Shown: positions 34,582 to 43,550 of the stretch, in pieces
Position numbering within the stretch: position 1 is the first letter of the stretch
Layout: each line of letters begins with the position of its first letter
Source of the DNA: a virus
DNA length: 64,000 bases
IMG/VR virus record: IMGVR_UViG_3300033066_001156
Direction: 5' to 3' (one strand)
Program-made: the position numbers and the translations under genes
The notes under the pieces: generated by a model
Databases searched by the model: none
Told to the model about the DNA's origin: nothing
The model's input: the letters and a program-made list of their open reading frames with translations, nothing else

Positions 34582-34983
34582 TTAGGGGTACTCAGATGAA
34601 CTTCCAGAAGGTGGGTCTTCATCTTCCTCCGGATCTTCCTCCCCGTCCGGTTCCCATGCGTGGATGTAGTCCGCAAAAGTTGACGCCGAAAGCAAGAAGT
34701 ATCCCATTGGTGCCCCAAAAATGGACTCCCCCATCATGTAAAACCATACTCCCACACTTACGCACAGAGATGCCGCCATTTGCTCGTCCCGGGAAGGACA
34801 TACCGGACCTTCACTTTCCTCCCTTCGGAGTCTCACCCCTTTTGTGTGTAGGTGAATAGTCAAAGCTATAACCCCACAGATAATGTGGGGAGGGGGTATG
34901 ACATGATATAGGAGACATAGGATCCCATAGACGGTAGGTGGGATCCACATCCAATAATGTTGAGGGGTGAATTTGATGGTCAC
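34582..34983 (-). CDS. Membrane protein (2-3 TM) with acidic C-terminal tail
   Basis: Hydrophobic segments VYGILCLLYHVI and IICGVIALTIHL; C-terminal EEDPEEDEDPP. Confidence 0.4.
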   Translation of the reverse strand: MTIKFTPQHYWMWIPPTVYGILCLLYHVIPPPHIICGVIALTIHLHTKGVRLRREESEGPVCPSRDEQMAASLCVSVGVWFYMMGESIFGAPMGYFLLSASTFADYIHAWEPDGEEDPEEDEDPPSGSSSEYP

Positions 34984-35786
34984 ATCGTTACTTTACCATC
35001 TAATAGAGAAATGAGAAATTCTCTGTTGTCGGCCAACCTTTTAGCTCTAACTAGCTCATGGTCTTTGCCTTCGTACTCTCGTTTTTCTTTCCATCTGATG
35101 TCTGATTGTTCGACCATTCGGAGAACTTTAGTTGGGTCTACCTCTTGAGGGTTGGTGTAGAAGGCCCCCCAGGTTAAGAACTGAATTTCGTGGTCAGGAT
35201 GTAAATGCTTTGTAACTGCCTCGAAATACCCAGGGTCCAATCCTATCCCATGCAACTCTTCCGTTTCCAGAATCTCTCTAGCTTCGGATGGTCGGTTGAC
35301 ATACGGAGAATCTACCTTAGGGCTATGGGTGTGGTAGGCTTCCCGATTTCTCCAATAAAAGTCACACCAAGACTCCCCCTCAACGATTACCCCCTGAATA
35401 CATTCCCCACACCAGGGGGTCCATTTCGCCAGATCTTTGCACCTGGGACACGTACCTAGACCTTTTGGGCGTGGGTCATTTGATCTTAAGCAGTAGCCTA
35501 CCCAGTTTTTGAAATCATCCAGATAGATGGATCCCCATAGTTCCGCGTACCCATTTTGAAACCACAGTGGCGGGGCTACCAATTCGGCGCGGATATATTC
35601 TGCAACGGCAACCCAAGGCCGATGATCCAGGATCTCCGCCAGTGTTGCTTCTACAGCCTTTGTTGATCGGGCACAAATAACCCCTTTGGGGACGGTGGGG
35701 CCGGACCAGGATAGAATATAGACTGTTCCCCCGTGGGGGTACACTACGTGGAGGGGATAATAGGAGATCAGAGATTTAGGTTGCAC
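34980..35786 (-). CDS. Hypothetical protein with Cys cluster
   Basis: 268-aa ORF; CPRCKDLAKWTPWCGEC. Confidence 0.45.
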   Translation of the reverse strand: MQPKSLISYYPLHVVYPHGGTVYILSWSGPTVPKGVICARSTKAVEATLAEILDHRPWVAVAEYIRAELVAPPLWFQNGYAELWGSIYLDDFKNWVGYCLRSNDPRPKGLGTCPRCKDLAKWTPWCGECIQGVIVEGESWCDFYWRNREAYHTHSPKVDSPYVNRPSEAREILETEELHGIGLDPGYFEAVTKHLHPDHEIQFLTWGAFYTNPQEVDPTKVLRMVEQSDIRWKEKREYEGKDHELVRAKRLADNREFLISLLDGKVTM

Positions 35787-35820
35787 GGTTGGTGGTTACA
35801 CCACCAACCTGAGGGTGGTT

Positions 35821-36129
35821 TTACTTTCGAATCTTATAGAGGCGTTCAACCTCCACCTGAAATTCTCGCCATAAGCTCGCTGGCCAACCAGAAATGTCTT
35901 CTTTGAGGTCGGGTTGGGATCTGAGCCAGCTTTCGGCTTTTTGTAGGATCTCCGACACTGATGGGGGTTTGCCCTTTTTCCCCTGGACTTCCCCAATTGA
36001 TTTTACGGCTTCCTGTGCTAACTGCTTCACCGTTTTTCTCGCCACTTTCAGAAGTGGGAGCAAATCAGGCCGAAGTTGGGGTTTTTCATAAGCCAGTCGA
36101 ATAATTTTGGATCGAAGGGTCATACCCAT
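35821..36129 (-). CDS. Hypothetical protein
   Basis: 102-aa basic ORF. Confidence 0.4.
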   Translation of the reverse strand: MGMTLRSKIIRLAYEKPQLRPDLLPLLKVARKTVKQLAQEAVKSIGEVQGKKGKPPSVSEILQKAESWLRSQPDLKEDISGWPASLWREFQVEVERLYKIRK

Positions 36130-36148
36130 ATTTGAGATTAGTGGATTA

Positions 36149-36580
36149 TCACAGGTCCAGGAATTGAAGCTCCTCGTAGCTGAGGGTGCAGTCCCCTTTG
36201 ATATAGGCTAGGTTGCGCTCAACCCTCTCAAGCCTGCTGATTGACTTTTTTTCTTTATCCATAGCGTCATTCTCAGCCTGTAAACTTGCTAGTACCCCGG
36301 CCCCGACAACTAGTTCCGATGAGTTCTTTCCCTCGAACTGGGGTTGGGATACGCTGTAATAGGTGGCGTTGTTGGAACGGGAGTCCTTAGCCTGCCTTAG
36401 CAAGTCCACCAGAATAGCATCCGTAATTTTGTTCTCTTGCCGAATTTTATCAATCCTGACCGCTCTCTCCGCCACTTTGGCTCGGAGCTTATCAATTTTC
36501 GCAAGAATGGCGTTTCCTAGCGCGTCACGCGGGATTATGTAGGTGAAGTCGCCAAAAAGATTGCTGGGAATGTGGTCCAT
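36149..36580 (-). CDS. Hypothetical protein
   Basis: 143-aa ORF, last gene of the minus-strand block; divergent from trpS. Confidence 0.4.
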   Translation of the reverse strand: MDHIPSNLFGDFTYIIPRDALGNAILAKIDKLRAKVAERAVRIDKIRQENKITDAILVDLLRQAKDSRSNNATYYSVSQPQFEGKNSSELVVGAGVLASLQAENDAMDKEKKSISRLERVERNLAYIKGDCTLSYEELQFLDL

Positions 36581-36641
36581 AAAATACCTCTGTGTGTGTT
36601 ACCACAGAATCACCCCACACTCTAAATCAGTAATCCCCACC

Positions 36642-37616
36642 ATGAAAATTTCTCTTTCAGGCATCAAACCTACGGGATCCCCGCACCTGGGAAATCTCTA
36701 TGGGATGATTCTTCCCGCAATTGCTCTGCAGGAAACGCATCGGTCGCTCTATTTCTTAGCAGATTACCACGCTCTCACCACGGCTAGGAACCCGACTGAG
36801 GTTCAACGGCATAGTTTGGAAATAGCTGCTACTTTTCTTGCTTTTGGTTTAGACCCTGATGGTAATTCTATTCTCTTTCGCCAGAGTTCCGTCCCTGAGG
36901 TTCATGAGCTCTCTTGGATGCTTTCGTGTGTCACCGGAGTGGGGACAATGAATCGTTGCCACGCTGTAAAAGCAGCCGAAGCAACGGGTGCCAGTATGAA
37001 TCTTGGTACCTACACCTACCCGGCGTTGATGGCCGCCGACATTCTTCTTTATGGAGCCGATGTGGTTCCCGTGGGTAGGGATCAGCATCAACACGTTCAA
37101 GTGGCCCAGGAGATGGCAACTCATTTCAACGTGTTTTATGGGCCAACGTTGAAAGTCCCGGAGGTTTTGATCTCACCCACGGCTACCGTCATTGGGTCCG
37201 ATGGACAGAAGATGGCAAAATCGAGGGGGAATCATTTACCTATTTTTGCGAGCGATGGGGATATAGCTCGATATGTGCAAAAGATGAAAACGGATTCCAC
37301 TCCTTTGGAGTCTCCAAAAGACCCTGGAGAATGCCCCGTCGCTCAATTGTTTCGTGTTGTTGCCCCACCCTCCGAAGTTGCTGATTTGGAGCGTCGTTAT
37401 TGGGAAGGTGGCTACGGTTATGGCCATGCAAAATCTCGACTGCTCGAAGCCCTGATTGATTTCATTGGTCCCCGACGCTCTGAATATCGCCGGTTGATGG
37501 ACGATCCCGTCACAATTGAGATGTATCTCCAACGGGGAGCAATAGAAGCTAGATCAGAAGCGTCTAAAATCATCCCGAAAGTACGTCAGGCTGTTGGTCT
37601 TCCTCGTAATCCTTAA
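36642..37616 (+). CDS. trpS: Tryptophanyl-tRNA synthetase (class I aaRS)
   Basis: HIGH-type PTGSPHLGNLYG, GRDQHQHVQVAQEMA, KMSKS-type KMAKSRGN; start taken at MKISLSGIKPTG. Confidence 0.85.
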   Translation: MKISLSGIKPTGSPHLGNLYGMILPAIALQETHRSLYFLADYHALTTARNPTEVQRHSLEIAATFLAFGLDPDGNSILFRQSSVPEVHELSWMLSCVTGVGTMNRCHAVKAAEATGASMNLGTYTYPALMAADILLYGADVVPVGRDQHQHVQVAQEMATHFNVFYGPTLKVPEVLISPTATVIGSDGQKMAKSRGNHLPIFASDGDIARYVQKMKTDSTPLESPKDPGECPVAQLFRVVAPPSEVADLERRYWEGGYGYGHAKSRLLEALIDFIGPRRSEYRRLMDDPVTIEMYLQRGAIEARSEASKIIPKVRQAVGLPRNP

Positions 37617-37619
37617 AGT

Positions 37620-38330
37620 ATGAGACCCGATCCCTCTACTTTGTCCCCTGAGACTCTAGCCTACATCGAAACACTTGAATCAAATCTCCAGACGGTTCAA
37701 GAGGTTTTGGATCATCTCCCACGTTGTTCCGGCTGGTCAAAAGATCAGATATGCCCTAACTATGGGACTATTAGAGATGGTGGCGGTAGGTGGGTGTGCG
37801 ACAGTTGTAGCTCAAAATGCGTTGGGTTGTGTGGGGAACTTGGCGCACACACGACTACGGCCCGGGTGTGGAATGAGCTTCGGAAGGATGCTAGGATGTG
37901 GATTCCGCCGGACCCCATCACGTCACAGGGTCTGGTCATCAAACTTCGGTCGGCTAGTCTCCACGCCGCCTCTCTCCTACTCCTCTCAAGCAGTGGAATT
38001 GCTGCGAAAGCAAGGATCCTTCTCTCTAAAGCATATAAAGACTGGGAAGATCCAATCTCCGAAGAGTTGGTGAAAGTTCGAGAGGAAAACAACCTCTTGT
38101 GGGGACTTGTTCATCAGTTGCCACGATGTTTTTGTGGCAAACCAGCTACCCACGTAAAAGTCTCTCGGATGGAGCCTTTTGCCGATGTTTTCTTGTGTGG
38201 TGAGCATCACTCCCTAATCCCGGAATCTAGCCTTTTGAGCTACTCTCCCGCTCTTGAGGCTATAATGCAAATTTTGGAAGTTGGAAAAGAACATGGAAAA
38301 AGCGAAAACAAGAGCGCCGAGACCCCCTAA
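37620..38330 (+). CDS. Cys-rich hypothetical protein
   Basis: 236-aa ORF with multiple CxxC pairs (CDSCSSKC, CFCG...C). Confidence 0.45.
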   Translation: MRPDPSTLSPETLAYIETLESNLQTVQEVLDHLPRCSGWSKDQICPNYGTIRDGGGRWVCDSCSSKCVGLCGELGAHTTTARVWNELRKDARMWIPPDPITSQGLVIKLRSASLHAASLLLLSSSGIAAKARILLSKAYKDWEDPISEELVKVREENNLLWGLVHQLPRCFCGKPATHVKVSRMEPFADVFLCGEHHSLIPESSLLSYSPALEAIMQILEVGKEHGKSENKSAETP

Positions 38331-38595
38331 GTCTTCCAGGAAGATGGTAGTTAGGGGTGGTACATGGTGGTGGGTGTTGTCCGGGTTGGACAACATTGTT
38401 CTGTGGTCCCCCACGGGGAAAAAAATGGTTGTCCCCCACTACCCCGTCACCTTTCGGACTGGGGATGACATTGAGCGGGCTCAACGCAAGCAGTGCGGAC
38501 CCGAGGTTGGGGCTATTACCCCTAAAAATGTTCGGGATGTAATTGATTCCCTTGTTTTGGGCGTATCCCAATCGATACCGAGGTGAGGTGAATGT

Positions 38596-39216
38596 ATGGC
38601 AACCGATACTGAGAACTACCAGAGTTTCGTCGAACGGTGTGAGGTCTTCTTCCCCCACTCCGACGTGGTTATGATCTCCGTGGCCTACGATATGGCCAAG
38701 GGGCACCATGCCCACCAGTTTCGGAAGTCCGAGCGGAACCCCGATGGTACCCCTGTTCGGTATTTCGAGCACGTTCGGCGCGTTGCTCTCGTTCTGATGG
38801 ATGAGGCTGGGATTGTGAACCGCCCGCGGATCGTCATCAAGGGTCTTCTCCACGACAGCTATGAGGACACTCGCCTGGGACATGAAGCCATCCGCATGGT
38901 GTTCGGCGAGGATGTAAGCCGGGACGTGCTCATGATGAGCAAGCGGCCCAAGGCAGGGTTTGCCGATCGGCTGATTCGACATGGGTCCTGGGAAGCTCTT
39001 GCGGTGAAGGTGGCCGACAGGGTTGACAACCTTCGGCATCTCCCCGCTGACAACCGTGAATTCGTTCAGAAGCAGTACGATGAGAGTCGGGCGATGTATC
39101 CCAAGGTTCTCGCTCGCCTTCGCACTCTCTCCGAGACGACGGAGGATGCTGAGGCTGTGACCAGTCTTAGCAATCTCTTCAACGATGCGCTTGCTTGTTC
39201 GGCTTCGCTTCTATGA
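38596..39216 (+). CDS. HD-domain small alarmone hydrolase ((p)ppGpp hydrolase, SpoT/Mesh1-like)
   Basis: YFEHVRRVALVL...IKGLLHDSYEDT...FGEDVSRDVLMMSK...LAVKVADRVDNLRHL matches the RelA/SpoT HD hydrolase signature; locally GC-rich. Confidence 0.7.
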   Translation: MATDTENYQSFVERCEVFFPHSDVVMISVAYDMAKGHHAHQFRKSERNPDGTPVRYFEHVRRVALVLMDEAGIVNRPRIVIKGLLHDSYEDTRLGHEAIRMVFGEDVSRDVLMMSKRPKAGFADRLIRHGSWEALAVKVADRVDNLRHLPADNREFVQKQYDESRAMYPKVLARLRTLSETTEDAEAVTSLSNLFNDALACSASLL

Positions 39217-39911
39217 AGGGGACTCCACTTAAGAAGTTCGGCTTTTACCGTGTCACTCAACCTCATCGGAGGTATACGGTAGGGGGGATGCCAGGATACG
39301 ACGCTTGGGATCTGTGGGACACACGCACGGATACCCTCGTCGGATTCGGACTTATTAAGGAGTCGGTTGATAAGGCCGGGGAGCTCCTCCAATACGGGAA
39401 TCCGGCTTTCTCCCCCCTTCGGCATCGGCGAATGGTTGTGGAGTCCCATCCCCGGGATGTCACCAGCCTTTTCGACTACTATCAGTTCGTTTTTTCGGGG
39501 TCCTTTTCGCGGTGGGTAAACGGTGGTCTCCTCCCATGGATTCTAGACCCAGTTTCGAAATCGGGGAGAGTTAAGACAAGGCTAGAGGCCGAGGGTAGGG
39601 GTCTCTATGACGTGGTTCTGGGGGGGAAACGGTTATTTCCCCCCATCGAAGAACTCCTTCATCGCTATAATCATGGATCCTGGCCCATTCCCCCCTCCAA
39701 TCCTTTTGAGGGCAGACTGCCAAATCAACCTCCTCCTACGATGCTGCGTCCAGTTGATTCCCAGTCGCCGTTTCGCACATTTCTAGACAACCCAACACTT
39801 CCAATTTCCCCGGATTGGAAGTGTGAAATGAAAAATGCTTGCACCATTCTTCTTGCTTTGGGCGTAGGAAACAAAGAACCTATCTCCCGAATTCATGACC
39901 TTCTCCCATAG
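39195..39911 (+). CDS. Hypothetical protein, tandem paralogue copy 1
   Basis: Shares F.YY..VF.G.F.+W.NGG..P and C-terminal W..E.+NAC.ILL..G with the next ORF. Confidence 0.45.
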   Translation: MFGFASMKGTPLKKFGFYRVTQPHRRYTVGGMPGYDAWDLWDTRTDTLVGFGLIKESVDKAGELLQYGNPAFSPLRHRRMVVESHPRDVTSLFDYYQFVFSGSFSRWVNGGLLPWILDPVSKSGRVKTRLEAEGRGLYDVVLGGKRLFPPIEELLHRYNHGSWPIPPSNPFEGRLPNQPPPTMLRPVDSQSPFRTFLDNPTLPISPDWKCEMKNACTILLALGVGNKEPISRIHDLLP

Positions 39912-39919
39912 GGTGTTCC

Positions 39920-40588
39920 ATGCATAAGCGTCTTCGGTCTTTCGGCCCCTACATTATTCGGCCCCATGGTGGGGAAAAGCCTTGGTGGAGTCTCCACGAA
40001 CATGGGATGCCGGAGATTACCCGATCCTACTACAAGCCGAGCATTTTTGTCGTAGCAGAGCGGGTTTTCAAGAATCTCCCTTTGCTGAACCCCGAGGAAT
40101 TTCGCAAATGTAAAGTTAATAGGTTCCCTACAAGAAGCCTGTTTCACTACTACTCCGAGGTATACCTCGGTGGTGGGTACAAGTGGCTGAATGGAGGGGT
40201 TTTTCCGGAAGCACCCAGATGTGTGACGGCTCTTCTTCCAGGGGGTGTTGGCAAAGTCCCCTACTACGTTGGGGAACCACCACTGGAGGTTCTCCCGGAG
40301 ATTTCACCCGAGGATAACAGAACCATTTACCGAGAGGAATTCGGCCCCCTCAATTTCCTCGCTAAACCCAATAAATGGCCGAAGAAATCGTTTACCCCTT
40401 CGGGCGATTTCGACCCCGAGTGGGTTGCGGATGCCCGGAATGCCTGTCGGATCCTTCTCAAGTATGGGAAGGATTTTGACCCTCAAATCTCATACCTAAA
40501 AGATGGGGTTTCTTACCTTCGGGACTTGTCTTCGGTTCTCTCTGACCGATATGGTGGTGATTGGGGTACAAACCTCACCCGGAGTTAG
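39920..40588 (+). CDS. Hypothetical protein, tandem paralogue copy 2
   Basis: Collinear with 39195..39911. Confidence 0.45.
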   Translation: MHKRLRSFGPYIIRPHGGEKPWWSLHEHGMPEITRSYYKPSIFVVAERVFKNLPLLNPEEFRKCKVNRFPTRSLFHYYSEVYLGGGYKWLNGGVFPEAPRCVTALLPGGVGKVPYYVGEPPLEVLPEISPEDNRTIYREEFGPLNFLAKPNKWPKKSFTPSGDFDPEWVADARNACRILLKYGKDFDPQISYLKDGVSYLRDLSSVLSDRYGGDWGTNLTRS

Positions 40589-40590
40589 CC

Positions 40591-41037
40591 ATGAATGATC
40601 TCCTCATCACAACGCTCGATCCGATCCTCCCCGGTAGCCCCGTGGTTTACATCCCTGAGCTGGGGCACTACATCAGGGCCGCCCTTCCTGTCCGGGTGTT
40701 CCTGGATGACCAGTGGGATCTTCCGGATCGGTACCCGGGGTCCGGGTGGACGTGTGTCCGTACTGTTCAGGAGGCTCAGGCTATCCTTCGCTTTTATCGT
40801 GGAAGGGTGACTCACCTTTCTCTCGACAGTGATCTGGGTGCCCCCGATGGGCTGGAGGGTCCCGATCTGACCGCTTGGCTTTCGGCCGAGTACTTCGTAG
40901 ATGGTAATGATTTCTGGCCTACCGGAGTCATTACCGTCCACAGCCGCAACAGTCAGGGTCGGGCGAAGATGGAGGGGGATATCAAAAACCCCCGGTGCAA
41001 CCCTCGGCCGTATACCTTCAAGCCCGCCCTCATCTAA
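40591..41037 (+). CDS. Receiver (CheY-like)-fold domain protein, paralogue 2
   Basis: VRVFLDDQWD...GWTCVRTVQEAQAIL...LSLDSDLG...VHSRNSQGRAKM; homologous to 28412..28870. Confidence 0.5.
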   Translation: MNDLLITTLDPILPGSPVVYIPELGHYIRAALPVRVFLDDQWDLPDRYPGSGWTCVRTVQEAQAILRFYRGRVTHLSLDSDLGAPDGLEGPDLTAWLSAEYFVDGNDFWPTGVITVHSRNSQGRAKMEGDIKNPRCNPRPYTFKPALI

Positions 41038-41246
41038 ATTCCAGGAAATAAAATGCATCGTTATCCTGTAGCCAAATATTTAGCCATCGAAGGGGCCCTC
41101 GCTCTGCTAGCAGAGGGGGATGACCCGAAGGATGATCGGATTGTCCACGCGATGTATGACCGAATGGGGGATCTCATGACCGAGATGACCCAAGAAGAAC
41201 TGGGTTGGTTGGCATCGCGCCCTGAACCTTTACTTGAGGTGGTGTC

Positions 41247-42065
41247 ATGAAATACAGCAGAGAACATGATGAAGTGGTCCCGGAAAGTCCTATCGAGGAT
41301 TCTTGTCTGAGACTTGGTCTACCGAAGTGGCCTGCAATGCTGGTCCAGGGGGATTCAGTAACCCCGGATCAAGCCCGCGAGATTATCCGAAGAACCGATG
41401 TGTCGTTTCTTCGGGGTATTTGGGGCAATCAGCGAGATGTGGTTACGGCTATTGCCAATATTCTTCGGATGCCCATCTCCCCGGAACCGGGCTCCGGGAA
41501 TTTGGAGGTGTCAAAGCACTGGGAAGCTCGTGATGCATGGGTGGCATCTTGGGGTCCGTTAGACCTTTCCTATATTGGGAATGACTGGGTGTGTTCTACG
41601 TACGTGTACGGGCCTAATGGATGGTGCCACCCTGACGGTACCATTTCCTATCTGAAAAATGTTGGTAAGTGGCCATCCGTCTCGGATCTGGCTCGGGACT
41701 GGATTATGGTCGCCGAGGCGTTTCCTTTCCTGTCTTTGACGGCAACGTTTTTTGACAGGGAATCTTGCGAAGATGACCTTGAGCCAGTTTTTACCTTGAG
41801 TGTGATGGGGGGAAGTGTGACGGCCTACCCAGGGGGCCCAACAGCTATGGCTTTCCCCACGGTCAAAGAAGTTTTCAACTATGGATCTGAATGTGGCCTC
41901 CCTCGATCATGGTTCGAGGACTGGGCAAAAGATCGTTTCCCACCAGCGAGGGTGGCATTCCGGTTCCTGACATTGCGTGCAATTGAACCCCACGATATAA
42001 GACTCCTTCAAAAGTGGTCAGAGATGCTTGGGAAAGCGTTTGGTGGTACTTTTACCTCCCCCTGA
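41247..42065 (+). CDS. Hypothetical protein
   Basis: 272-aa ORF. Confidence 0.45.
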   Translation: MKYSREHDEVVPESPIEDSCLRLGLPKWPAMLVQGDSVTPDQAREIIRRTDVSFLRGIWGNQRDVVTAIANILRMPISPEPGSGNLEVSKHWEARDAWVASWGPLDLSYIGNDWVCSTYVYGPNGWCHPDGTISYLKNVGKWPSVSDLARDWIMVAEAFPFLSLTATFFDRESCEDDLEPVFTLSVMGGSVTAYPGGPTAMAFPTVKEVFNYGSECGLPRSWFEDWAKDRFPPARVAFRFLTLRAIEPHDIRLLQKWSEMLGKAFGGTFTSP

Positions 42066-42098
42066 GTATCAAACTTTGACCCACCCTCTGGTGTAATA

Positions 42099-42644
42099 TT
42101 GTGCATGACTCTCATAGCCGTAGATATGGACAATGTGGTTGCTGATTGGGATCAGGGACTGGTTGATCGGTGGGTAGCTGCCAGACCCAATCGCCCTTAT
42201 GTTCGTTTGGAAAACCGAAAGAATTTTTACGCGGACGAAGATTACCCAGAGGAGGACAGACATTTTGTCAAATCTCTTCACCGATCCCCCGGGTTCTATC
42301 GTGAACTGAAACCCATGCCGGGAGCTCTATACGCTCTCAATACCATGAAGGACTTGAACTTTGACGTGATACTTCTGACTTCCCCGGAGGTACATGATTC
42401 ATGCGCTCAGGAGAAAGTCGGATGGGTTCGCGAGCATTTGGGAGATGATTGGGTTCATCATTTGGTTCTTTCTAGGGATAAAACACTTGTTCGGGCGGAT
42501 AAACTGATTGATGACCGGCCTACCATCAAAGGGCGATTTGAACCTACGTGGGAACACCTTGTGTTCACACGTCCCTACAACAAACACATTACGGATAGAA
42601 AACACATCACATGGCTGACTTGGAGAAGCGTTCTAGGAATTTAG
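42099..42644 (+). CDS. HAD-superfamily 5'(3')-deoxyribonucleotidase (NT5C-like)
   Basis: IAVDMDNVVADWD (DxD motif I), LKPMPGALYALNTM, VILLTSP, VLSRDKTLVRADKLIDDRP. Confidence 0.7.
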   Translation: MCMTLIAVDMDNVVADWDQGLVDRWVAARPNRPYVRLENRKNFYADEDYPEEDRHFVKSLHRSPGFYRELKPMPGALYALNTMKDLNFDVILLTSPEVHDSCAQEKVGWVREHLGDDWVHHLVLSRDKTLVRADKLIDDRPTIKGRFEPTWEHLVFTRPYNKHITDRKHITWLTWRSVLGI

Positions 42645-42802
42645 GTAAAATCAACCCATCTGGATTTGTAGTGTTCCGCGGCGGCTGTTGGAGCGACTCC
42701 CACCCGATCCTCGTGCGCGCGGCGGACCGCTACTGGCGCGATCCGACGTACCGGAACGGCTTCGTCGGTTTTCGGGTCGCGCAGCGGGGTTGGGTTTTAT
42801 GA
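42611..42802 (+). CDS. FGE-C-terminal-like mini-protein 1 (63 aa)
   Basis: VFRGGCWSDSHPILVRAADRYWRDPTYRNGFVGFRVAQRGWVL; very GC-rich segment. Confidence 0.4.
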   Translation: MADLEKRSRNLGKINPSGFVVFRGGCWSDSHPILVRAADRYWRDPTYRNGFVGFRVAQRGWVL

Positions 42803-42987
42803 CTGTATTTTCCCATAACAATAGGCGCATACGGGGCGGGCCCTATGACTCTTGGTCCGTGGGTCTTTTTCGATCCTCACATTGCGGGTTCTGTTATTCA
42901 ACGGATGAAAACAGTGACCAGGGTTTTAGACCTAGCCAGAAAGGATGGCACCGATCCCGTGGGCGATTTAAGAAAGCTCAAAAGTAG
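42799..42987 (+). CDS. FGE-C-terminal-like mini-protein 2 (62 aa)
   Basis: ATGA overlap with copy 1; IRGGPYDSWSVGLFRSSHCGFCYSTDENSDQGFRPSQKGW. Confidence 0.35.
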   Translation: MTVFSHNNRRIRGGPYDSWSVGLFRSSHCGFCYSTDENSDQGFRPSQKGWHRSRGRFKKAQK

Positions 42988-43126
42988 TGGCTATCCAATT
43001 CGTCAATCCGCCCAATGTGTCTGTGCATATGTTGATGGGACATCCGACAAGACATCCTCTATTCACCTTGGCTATCGTTCGACGCAACCAGGGTGGGTAG
43101 TGCCGCGTTCTTTTCGTAACTCATAG
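42845..43126 (+). CDS. FGE-C-terminal-like mini-protein 3 (start uncertain; GTG at 42959 possible)
   Basis: C-terminus IRQSAQCVCAYVDGTSDKTSSIHLGYRSTQPGWVV; the N-terminal part overlaps copy 2 in another frame. Confidence 0.3.
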   Translation: MTLGPWVFFDPHIAGSVIQRMKTVTRVLDLARKDGTDPVGDLRKLKSSGYPIRQSAQCVCAYVDGTSDKTSSIHLGYRSTQPGWVVPRSFRNS

Positions 43127-43128
43127 GG

Positions 43129-43362
43129 ATGGCACGCATACAAATAAGCCTAAAGGATCCAGAAACCAGAGCGATCTGGGAGTCCGCATTAGAAGCTAGA
43201 GATGAGGTAGCCAGTTGGCCCCCTTGGAAAAGAGGAGAGGTGTTGTGCTATTCAATTCGAGGGGGCAGTGCGAATGTGGATATTAGAGTGTCAACAACAC
43301 CTACCGGAAGCATGGATATTTCCGCGCGGCTCTCTCAATCCGGTTGGTTATGTCGACTTTAA
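43129..43362 (+). CDS. FGE-C-terminal-like mini-protein 4 (77 aa)
   Basis: IRGGSANVDIRVSTTPTGSMDISARLSQSGWLCRL. Confidence 0.35.
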   Translation: MARIQISLKDPETRAIWESALEARDEVASWPPWKRGEVLCYSIRGGSANVDIRVSTTPTGSMDISARLSQSGWLCRL

Positions 43363-43550
43363 ATGATCGCACCATTACCATTCGGGGTGGTGCCTACTTC
43401 AATTACTCAAATTACTGGGGTGAATTTGAGTGGTTTAACATATCCGTACCTATGGGTTCTGACTTGGATTTAGATTCCGGGCTAAGGGTTTCCCAACGTG
43501 GGTGGCTTGTACGTGGATATATACCAAAACAAAATTCGTCGCTCCGGTAG
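43344..43550 (+). CDS. FGE-C-terminal-like mini-protein 5 (68 aa)
   Basis: IRGGAYFNYSNYWGEFEWFNISVPMGSDLDLDSGLRVSQRGWLVRGY. Confidence 0.35.
   Translation: MVMSTLNDRTITIRGGAYFNYSNYWGEFEWFNISVPMGSDLDLDSGLRVSQRGWLVRGYIPKQNSSLR

Noticed and set aside
38260-39039. 259-aa minus-strand ORF
   Set aside because: Antisense to the well-supported HD-domain hydrolase gene in a GC-rich patch, where long spurious ORFs are expected; no motifs.
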